A stretch of DNA of 64,000 nt, taken from assembly GCF_006345805.1 (NCBI RefSeq), contig NC_043008.1, positions 930,001 to 994,000 of the forward strand, in the 5' to 3' direction. The DNA comes from Octopus sinensis (taxonomy: Eukaryota). The translations under genes and the position numbers were made by a program. Below the pieces are notes generated by a model. The model made no database searches. It was not told the DNA's origin and was given only the letters and a program-made list of their open reading frames with translations. Below, in pieces: positions 53,776 through 64,000 of this stretch (position 1 is its first letter; each line of letters begins with the position of its first letter).

Positions 53776-56066
53776 CACACATATATATATATATGTGTGT
53801 GAAAAGTAGCACATGTGTATATCTTAAATTCCTACGTACGTTTCAGACATGGAACTCTGTACACATTACACAAGTAGTCGTACATCTGTTACTTTATTTC
53901 AGTTCTCCTTTCTGCTTTCGTCTTCCTTCCTTCTTGCTTTACCGCAAGACATCTATACATTTCCCGCACACACATACACGTTTACATATCACGACATGGA
54001 TAAGGAGAACTCTCCACACATATACACACAAACGCCAAAGTACGTACACACACATACACACACGCATACATATACACACATATACACACCATGCACGCAC
54101 GCCTACCATACGCTTCCACTCACGGCAACACCAAAGCAATCACTTGCCAAGGGAATCATATATATATATATCCAAAATCAAGCAGTAGGGGTGAAGTGAG
54201 AGGAGAGAAAATAATAATCCAGTGAAAGAGAAGTAGTGAGAATAATAGCTATGACTCAGTGGGAGTGACAGAAAGTAATAGCAATGAGAGAGAGGAAGTG
54301 GCAAAGAGAGCGACGTGTGTCATTTACTATAATAATCTACTATAATAATACTCTTGTGTATTTCTCCATCACAATATACGATTGAGAAAGGAAGGGGTGA
54401 TCCACCGATGGAAGTGTGATGGTGAAAAAAATCAAACTCCACTTCACCTGTGTGACTATATTTGCGTGCCTGTAAAAAGGAGGCATGTGAATGTTTGTTT
54501 GTGTGTGTGTATGTGTGTATGTGTTTGTTTAAAGTATATTTATGCATTTGAGTGAGTGTATATGCGTTTGTGTGTATTTATTTTGAAAGATACATAGAAA
54601 ATAGAATTACAGACACAAACGCATATAAAACACATATATGCATACATGCATACATACATATATCTATGTATACACACACACACACACAGAGTGAAGCACT
54701 GTTTGATTATTTTCACCCTTTTGTACCCTTTTTATATAAAAATACTACAATTAGCCGTCATTCTTGACGGCACAGGGTCTGCTAGTATTCATATATTTAT
54801 ACACAAACACACACATGCACAAACACAAATGCAAAAACACACACTCGCACATACACACGAGCGCGCGCAACACAGACAAGCGCGCGCACATACATGCACA
54901 ATATTATGTGTGCGTGCGTGCGTGTGTCTGAAAGCATATGTCTTCCTGTATGAATTGTGTTTATTGTTCCCACAAAAGAAGACATGTTTCTCAAATAGAA
55001 ACGTTGTCCTTCGAATTTTCATAGCGACAAAATACATACATCCTGAATCACAGAGGAGGCGCGTATCGTTTTGGCTGCTTCGGAATGCATCTATCTCTGA
55101 ACGTATGTCGCAGATTAGTATCTAAGTACCAGTACCAAGAAAGAAAAAAAAGTACAAACTGATAGAGAGGGAGAGAGAGAGAGAAAGGAGACAGGAAAAT
55201 ATATATTTTATTGTAACTTTGATTTTGTTAAAAATATGTGAAGTCATTACTTAAATTTTCGAAAGCAATAACTATGAGAATTTAACCAAATTGAGGAATA
55301 AGCAACACACAAGGGAAGGAAAGAAACTGCCAGCTAAGTGGAGATAATAGTCCATGATTGTATATAATATAATGTAAGTCAGTCTCACAATTAAATATTT
55401 AGCGGCATATGAATTTAGACACTAGCATAAAATTAATAACTTTAAATAGAATCACTACTGCTGTTTCCATTAACTTTCTAAATAAAAGATTACTGCAAAT
55501 TTAATTTAGTTAGAGCTACTTTATAATTAATATACTTTAAATCAATTTACCGCTTCCTATGTATCGAGGAATATGTTAGAGGTTTCTTCTGGTTTCTGTA
55601 CACATTCAGTTCTTTGTAAATTTGATCACAGAACCAATTTGTCAGCTAATTAGGATAAACAGATAGGCAGAGAAATAAAAAAGAGAGAGAGAGAAAGAGG
55701 AGGAGTAGGAGGAGAAAAGAGAAAGAGAGAGAATGAAAGAAAGAAAGATAGAAACCGAGAAAAAGTACTAAATACTGCGTATTTACGTATGCCTATTTAC
55801 GTGTGCATAATTTTACAAGTTTTTATTTTGTCCTACAATGTGTACTTAACCCGCGTACTTTGCCTTGAAGCACACACACGCACATATATATATACACACA
55901 CACACATACACACACGCACACACACACACACACACAAAGAGGGTTTGATATTCGGACCAATTGATTACTCTGTCGTATATTTCCTTTATTATCAAATATA
56001 TTTAACCATATTGAAAGATAATTCAAGATAATATGTATATTGTTCTATTTTCATAAATACTCTAGT

Positions 56067-56118
<52 letters not shown>

Positions 56119-56360
56119 CCTAGAATGGATGTACTACAGACTAAATGTCTACTCACATATATTAAATGTTTCAAAGATATAATCTATTTTTTGTTGATGC
56201 TATTGTTTTGTTCGAGATTAACCCTGATCAAGAACACCTATGATAAAAGTGATTCATATTCGCCATCCAGCCATTCAGTGGCATGTAAGAGAATTATATT
56301 TAATATACACTTCATGCTGTAAGCTGGTGGGCCATCATTCGAGGGGTATTTAATTGATGC

Positions 56361-56594
56361 TAAGGCGGTGAGCTGGCAGAAACGTTAGCACACCGGGCGA
56401 AATGCTTAGCGGTATTTCGTCTGCCGCTACGTTCTGAGTTCAAATTCCGCCGAGGTCAACTTTGCCTTTCATCCTTTCGGAGTCGATTAAATAAGTACCA
56501 GTTACGCACTGGGGTCGATATAAACGACTTAATCCGTTTGGTTGTCTTTGTTTGTCCCCCTTGTGTTCAGTTCCTTGTGGGCAGTAAAGAAATA
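56361..56594 (+). mobile_element. SINE family A, full copy (tail type 1) with TSD
   Basis: Flanks ggtatttaattgatgct (56345-56361) / ggtatttaattgatact (56595-56611), one mismatch. Confidence 0.92.
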
Positions 56595-58114
56595 GGTATT
56601 TAATTGATACTTTTAACAAGTAGAACGACTGTGTAATAGATTTCTTTCTTTGGTGTGAGTTTCTGTATTTATTTATCGATCCACGGTAGTTTCGATGATA
56701 TGTGTTTATTCAATTACAAGACTGTAGCTTTGCATTATTTTTCTGGCCCTTTACGTTCTGTATTTAAACCATGGATGGGTCAACTTTGCCTTTTACCTTT
56801 TGGGGTTCGATGAAATTATGTACTGGTGAAGTTCTGGAATCGATGGCACCCACTAAACTCCTCCACATATTATTTTTGGCAGTAAGACTAAATAAGAATC
56901 TATCATTCAGAAAGAAGAATGCAGCCTCAAGAAGGTGAACAAAAATCACTATAACACCGAAGAAGAAAAAGGGGAAATAAATTTATTCAGTATTTCTGGT
57001 TTATAATACTTTAGCGTCGATATTTCTTTGAGGCAACCTCAGTTTTGACTGTAACAGGTCATTATTTTTAATTCAATAAAATTGATAGAATGGCTTAGTT
57101 GAAGCCTGAAACTTTTGGTGAGAACATTACTATGAAGATTGTGACTGAAGCAACTTGGAAGAGTAATTTGCATCCAACTCAGAATATGGGCCCACGTAAA
57201 AGAGAAAATTACGGCTCCTTTGAAACCACATATTGATTGTGAAAAGGGACAGAATGGGTTATTCAATTTAGCCAATAAATATTGGTTAAATCTATTCAAT
57301 AATGAATATTTATTGAACAGATTTTCTTCACTTTATTCAGTTTTCTGTAGCTTCCATTGCTCTTCATTGGTTAAATTGTTATTAATAAATACAGAAAAAA
57401 ATGTCTCTGATGCACATGCCAACGATGACATGATTTAATATAACTTTGAACAAGTTTTATAACAATCTTAACATTGAGAATATCGAGAGACAAGCTGCAT
57501 GTAAACAGTACAATTCGATTATTCTATACAGCGCTGGCCTATGGGATGCTAACATCATTCTACGGTGATATATTTTGTTAGAATATTTATATTTGTACCC
57601 GTTCTATCAACATCTAAATATACTACAGCTTTTATCAGTATCTACACTAACGGGATCAATTTTGTCAAATTCTACTTACCTACGTATTCTACGTAATCTG
57701 TGAATATTTATATACTGGAATCAATGAGGTTACATCTCCAGTCTACGATCAATGGAAACATATACAGAATATTGTGTTCTGCCAATATCATGAGACTGCG
57801 ATCAATGTTGTCAACATCTTCGAAACATGAATATATTCAGTCAATATATATACCAAATATTTGGAATCTTTAATAAGAATCGATTCCATAAAGGTCTGAT
57901 TCAATGAAGTAAACATCGGCAGCTCACATTTGTTCAAAACTGTTCTTTTACGACTGTTATATTTACTCAATAAATATGATAACCTCCATATAATTTCCTA
58001 CGACACCGTACTTTATTCACTCATATAGAATTTTTGTGAGATCAATAAAATGGGCAGGTTCTCCTTCGTTAACTCAAAGTTGCCATTCCAAATAGCATAA
58101 GTGGAAGGCACATA

Positions 58115-58260
58115 CTCTAGTGGTTAGGGGTGTTCGGCTTATGATCGTGACCGTGTCGATTGAATGCACATCCTAACACCGAGTGGTGGCACCTTTTGTC
58201 GTTAAACAAGGCACTTCATTTCACGTTTCTCCAGACTTCTCAGATGTGATACTAACCAAC
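58115..58260 (+). mobile_element. SINE family C, diverged
   Basis: agtggttaggggtgttcggcttatgatcgt...aacaaggcacttcatttcacgtttctccag parallels 47351. Confidence 0.55.
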
Positions 58261-60913
58261 CGAGAACTGATGCAGCAATATTTCTCTCCATCAGACACGT
58301 ACTGCACATTTTACTGTATTAAGGGGGAGTGTCTATGAGTGTTCGCGACTCCAGAGGCACCTAAAATAATTAATGAAAGCATAGTGCATGTTACTAAACC
58401 GCACATATTCGATAGTGGCGGTTGGCTGTACTATTATACTTCCAGAAGCAACACCGAAAATAATGGACTATATATAAACGGTATAATGGATAACTGGCCA
58501 TCTATTATTAATCCATCTTACTTCTTGCTATAATGTGACCTGTAAGTCATTCATATAACCAAGTAGCCAAACGTAATGTACAGCCAAATAGAGTTACAGT
58601 AAAACAGACTGAATGGTTGAAAGAAAGCAGTTCTGGTATGATTATACAATGACATTTTCTTCCTTTTATTATTCTCTTTATCAATCTGCCTATTTTAATC
58701 TCTATATCTCTCAACCTGTCACTCTCCGTTTCTCTCTTTCTGTTTTCCCGTTCTCTTTCTCTCTTTATTCACCTATATATCCATACACTGTTGACGTCTA
58801 TAGAAATGGAATTTACCACGTAAAGGCAGAGAACTTACCCAACAAGAAGAAAGCTAATTTGTCAGTGTAGTCTTGGAATGGTTTTCCTCTCCATAACCTA
58901 TTTATGGTGGTCTGCCGAGTATATATCAACGCCAAGCTTGTCGCCACAATCAAATAGAAACAGAGACAAATCTAATCTATATAGGAAGTAGGAATTGAAA
59001 TCTCCCGATCAAGTTTGGTAATTAATGGATGACGAATTATTCTACTGCATTTGCTGGTGTACATTCAACATACATTGTCTAAAAATAGTCCCCAAGCATT
59101 TCAATCATATAAGATCTTTCATTTCAATGAAAAATACCAGTCTTGTTTATTTGCGATATATCGACGCAAGAGCTGGAAATAAATAAGATAACACTCTAGT
59201 TTCTCTGCCACATCCACCACCACCACCACCCTCCTCTCTTTGCCCTCTTCTCCTCCTCTTTGTCATTCTCCTTCTCTTCCTTCACCTCCTCTCGGTCAAA
59301 GAGTGAATTTATGTCCGCATCAGCTTGTTATTCTTCGCCACTTCTCGCTTCTTACCTCACCTCTCTCCCCACGTCTCTTATCTCATCTCATCTTCTTATT
59401 CAGAATAATGGATAGATAAGTGTCTAATCTTCAATTCATCGTCAGTAGTCGTCCACTCATCTATTTTTTTTCCTCCTGCTACCGTCCACTCACTAGTCAT
59501 TTATTCATCATCATCAACCGGCCACGTCTGACAAATCAGACAACATTAGAGTATGCAACCATCAAGCAGCCGTCTATCCGTGTAAAGTTTCCATTATGAA
59601 ACCACATAGCCAGAAATAGTTAACTTTTGTAATTGTTTCACCCCTCTGTCACCCTACACACACAAAACAACAACACAAGGGAATCAAAACATTCTAAACA
59701 ATAACACCAGGCTAAAAGACACTGACAGACGTTTGCAAACACGAATGTTTTATGGCTTTGAAAATTCAATTCCTCGTAGATTAACATAAAGAACCAACGT
59801 TCTCCGTTAAACAATCTACATTGTACTGTCCATGCAAACATATTGCTGATCTGTCTCTCTGTCTGTCTCTCAGCCTATCTATCTACCTATCTATCTATCT
59901 TAAAGTTTATCGTCACGATGCACTTCTACACACAGTGTGTATGTGTGTGTGTGTGTATATATGTATGTATGTGTGTATGATTATACAAATTTATCTCATT
60001 ATATAGCTTACCTCACAGGTTTTTTTCTCTGAAGATGAACAAAATATATGTTCACCCTGATTACATTATTTCTCCTTCTTAGTAATAAATCAGAGAAATT
60101 AAAATCGCTCCACTCCGTGAATGTATCCGTAGTTTGTATTCTTACAGTCTATACAAGTAAAATACAAATAAACTTTAATTTTTATAAACGTGTATGTGTT
60201 GATTACTTAATTAATTTTCAATGTAGTTAATAGCATTAAAAAAAAAAATTAAATGTACCCACCTTTGTTTTGTAAATTGAAAGTATAATTTACGCCTATT
60301 GTAAACATTATTCTAAATTGCTGATGCGCAACAGATTTTGTCTCTTTGTAGGTTTAGGGTTTAATTCGTTAAGTAAGGTTAAATTTTATATTTATTAAAA
60401 AAAAAAGACTTTATCCGATATACTTCGAAGTATCGAAAATAAAACGCAGTGTTCAATGTATGAATTAATTATGCCATTGTGTGAAGATACCTTCACGTTC
60501 TCAAAAATTAGAGAATGAAGTTGAGTTGAGTCCAAGTTTATACATTCTAGAAAGAGCTACAAGCTACACACCCTTCGGTCTTTTACTCAAGAATAGCAAC
60601 AATGATAATATCTCAAATGTTGGCACAAGGTGAGATGTTTCAGGAGGATATTGGTAATCGATTACATCGTCGCATATACTTGCCTGGTACTCGTTTTATC
60701 GACCGCTAAAGGATGAACTTTGAAGTTGACCTCGGCAGAATTTGTACACAGAAGGTGAAGAACCGGAAGAAAATGCTGCTATGTATTTCCTTCCACGTTT
60801 TCTAACCTGGTGTTAGCACTTTGCTCACTTTTCACAGTGAAATTAACATTATATACTAATTTATATACTAATTTATTAGTATTTATATACTAATTTATAT
60901 ACTAATTTATTAT

Positions 60914-61153
60914 AAGGCGGCGAGCTGGCAGAAACGTTATCGCGCCGGACGAAATGCTTAGCGGTATTTCGTCTGCCGCTACATTCTGAGTTCGAATTCC
61001 GCCGAGGTCGACTTTGCCTTTCATCCTTTCGGGGTCGATATATTAAGTACCAGTTACGCACTGGGGTCGATGTAATAGACTTAATCCATTTGTCAGTCCT
61101 TGTTTGTCCCCTCTATGTGGGTAGTAAAGCCCCTTGTGGGTAGTAAAGAAATA
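60914..61153 (+). mobile_element. SINE family A, full copy (tail type 1) with perfect 18-bp TSD
   Basis: tatatactaatttattat at 60896-60913 and 61154-61171. Confidence 0.93.
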
Positions 61154-61899
61154 TATATACTAATTTATTATTAAACAGATATTTTTAAAATGATCTTGTA
61201 TTTTTTATATTTTCATTTTTGATACATCACATATTCCTGAATATTTACGAAGAGATTTTGGCATCTATACTATTATTTATTGTTAGAATTGCGGTGGGCT
61301 GAATGGTAAGCTAACTGGATAAATATTATATGTAATGTGTATATATCTTTTGAATTTTCTATTGTTGTTGGGGCTGTTCTGGAGTTGTTATGTAAAGAAA
61401 CAAAACTGTAAATTGTGCTTTATCCTACATCATTGTACTCTATATTATGTTATTGTGTCGTGTATTTAGAAGAGAATTATTCTGTTTTGGTTGAGAGCGT
61501 AGATTTCAGGGGAACCACACCGCATCCTTGTCTTTAGTTTTACAATGTTTGCATGGTGCACCTAATCAAAGTTATGCTGTTTGGTATCTCAGTTGTGTTA
61601 AAAGTGGAACGTTTTTTTCTATTTATGTTTGAACGATTTGAATAAACATTTTTTTGCCGAGAAATTCCCTCGTCTTTTTAGCGAATATTTACAAATGATA
61701 GGGTAACATAATAACGTATATTTTTCTTTTGTTATTGGATTTATTCGTTGAGCAGTAAAACATATAATGTGCTCTTTCACAATTTAGAATTTATCGATAA
61801 AAGATGAGACTGACTATGGTAGGATAAAATATATGTCTGGAGTGGCTGGAACAATGTCAGAGAACTTAGCTATCGTATCAATTGAATATTTTTTTCTAC

Positions 61900-62101
61900 T
61901 CTAGGCACAAGGCCTGAAATCTTTGGGGAGGGAGCCAGTCGATTAGATTGACCCCAGTACGCAACTAGCACTTAATTTATCAAACCCGAAAGGATGAAAG
62001 GCAAAGTCGACCTCGGCGGAATTTGAACTCAGAACGTAACAGCAGACGGAATCAGGCTACGTATTTCGCCCGGCGTGCTAACGTTTCTGCCAGCTCACCG
62101 C
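61900..62101 (-). mobile_element. SINE family A, full copy (tail type 2)
   Basis: Head matches 46532 copy; tail ggctccctccccaaagatttcaggccttgtgcctagagtag. Confidence 0.88.
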
Positions 62102-62286
62102 ATTTTAGCCGATGAATATTGAAACAAGAAGTTGTAATAAGAGTGTATTTTTATGCAGTAGTGGCTGTATTGTTTCTAGTAGTAGTGGTGTTGGTAATAG
62201 AATCGTAGTTGAATTTTCTTGGCAGAATTTATAACAAGATAACGGTATTTCAGTTCAAAAAGCCATATCTAAATTTATCAGTATAT

Positions 62287-62329
<43 letters not shown>

Positions 62330-62546
62330 GCATATACATAAATGCATATACAAATACAAAGACACAACACACACATATATTCCGATTTCTCTCTCACTGT
62401 CTGAGGCTGTTAATATATATATATAATATATATATATATATATTATATATATATATGTATTTATATATTTATATATATATATATGCATATGTATATGTAT
62501 ATATATGTGTATGTGTATATGTATGTATATATATATATATATTATA

Positions 62547-62604
<58 letters not shown>

Positions 62605-62989
62605 GCAGACACATTTGATTTGATATTCATCTTCTAAGTTCAACAGTTCTCTCCGGACCATCGCTCTCTGGACCACCATCAACGCTACCGCTCTCTTCAA
62701 TCGGATGATCTGACCTCTGCTAATGCAAGCGGTAACCCCTTGTCTTACGCATCTGAGAGGTCCGGCTTTAGACAGTTTACCACAAGTCTGGGTTTTGGTA
62801 AGTCTTGGAAGAAGGCCAGCTCTACGTAGTTAGATATGAGGCAGTAACAAAAGAGCTGTCCGATATTTAAATGAATAAAGAAAACAAAAGAGGAGTAATT
62901 ATAGATCTATTTACTCATTAATATATTTTACATTTCTTTCAATAACCTTATTCCATCTTTCAAGATGTTTTTGTAGGTCACATTTATGA

Positions 62990-63560
62990 AATTTATTAGG
63001 TTCTGACCTGAAGGAATAGATTAACTTCATTTCGGCTGGGTGTGTCGCAGCCGGCCTACGTTCATGAAAATAGTTTTTACACTGATAAGGTAATGATGGT
63101 CAAGAGATGCAAATTCGGAGACTGTGGTGGATCATCTTAGTGTTTTGCGTTTTTCTTTCTTTGTCAGGTGAGTATCTTTAATAGGTTTTTTGGTTAAACA
63201 GATGCTGCGGAAAAGTGTATTATACTGATGGAGATGAAAGTTTTTTTCTGTTCGTTAAAGTCGAGCGCTTCTCGGCCATAAACCACAGTTGTCCTTGTCT
63301 GATTATTGTTCCATATTTCTAATGATAATAATGTTTCAGTTATCGAACCACGGAATTAATGTTTCTCTTCGGAGTAAGCATCCCAACGAGTGGGTTGCAG
63401 TTCTATCTCCCCATGTGAGTCACTGCTGATTTAACCTCTTCACTGTGTAATTCCATGGTCATTACCCTAACTCATCCATCAAACGGTAGTATTAATATTT
63501 TCTTCTTCTGCAATATATTTTTCACTATCTCCTGTAGGTGCAGTGTTCATATCCACCACC
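62990..63560 (-). mobile_element. Decayed Penelope-like ORF end (putative)
   Basis: Frame-hopping relics KILILPF, STTVSEFASLDHHYLISVKTI and PAEMKLIYSFRSEP resemble the Penelope RT-thumb and GIY-YIG C-terminus; many stops. Confidence 0.35.
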
Positions 63561-64000
63561 AAAAGCATTTCATTCTAGCTCCGTAAACAGATATTTGATG
63601 AAATATGTGGAAAAAAAAGAAAAAGTAAAAGACAAGAAATCAAGAAAATCTGATAAATTGTCTTTTTGCTAAAAGGGTCACTAGGTAGTCCCCGCTTCGC
63701 TTAGAATAACAAGAGATCATTTTTAACTCAGAGGGTGAAACCGCTTCCTACAGTTAACGGTAATGAAGTTTAGATCGGATGTATCCGGTTTTCGGATTCG
63801 AAGGGTCAATATTATAATAAAAGATCCATTTATTATCCCCAGCAACAACACTGTTCAAAAGAGTCATTTATATTTAATGTGAATGTAATGCTTCTCAGTA
63901 ATTAACACGTTGTTCATCATTATCATCATTATCGTCTCACCGATAATGTGGGACATACATTTTAACATATCTGGAACCTGTTCAAAAACTTTCTAATACG

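Overview
AT-rich, microsatellite-saturated eukaryotic DNA with no host gene exon I can support; nearly all ORFs in the supplied track are translations of simple repeats or antisense to decayed transposons. The interspersed tRNA-type SINE families look like those I recall from octopus genomes (inference, not searched). Main content: (1) a near-full-length but frameshifted R4/Dong-clade non-LTR retrotransposon (minus strand, ~16946-21077) plus the 3' end of a second Dong subfamily, both bounded by (TAA)n arrays; (2) DNA transposon relics: an 894-bp Tc1 with intact TIRs, a mariner 5' fragment, and a FLYWCH (Mutator/Phantom-like) fragment next to 15-bp tandem repeats; (3) gag-like LINE ORF1 relics and probable Penelope-like (GIY-YIG) relics; (4) many SINE copies, several with target-site duplications. 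The most interesting signal is non-coding: at least four different sequence families carry minimal type I hammerhead ribozyme motifs. Two sit in both arms of fold-back elements (11739-13210, 49771-49978), one is a core-intact motif at 53646-53680, and two copies carry a CUGUUGA core variant (14437-14474, 33397-33434). Most lie against TA/GT microsatellites. I interpret these as non-autonomous Penelope-derived or retrozyme-like elements. Folding was done by eye; cleavage activity is untested.
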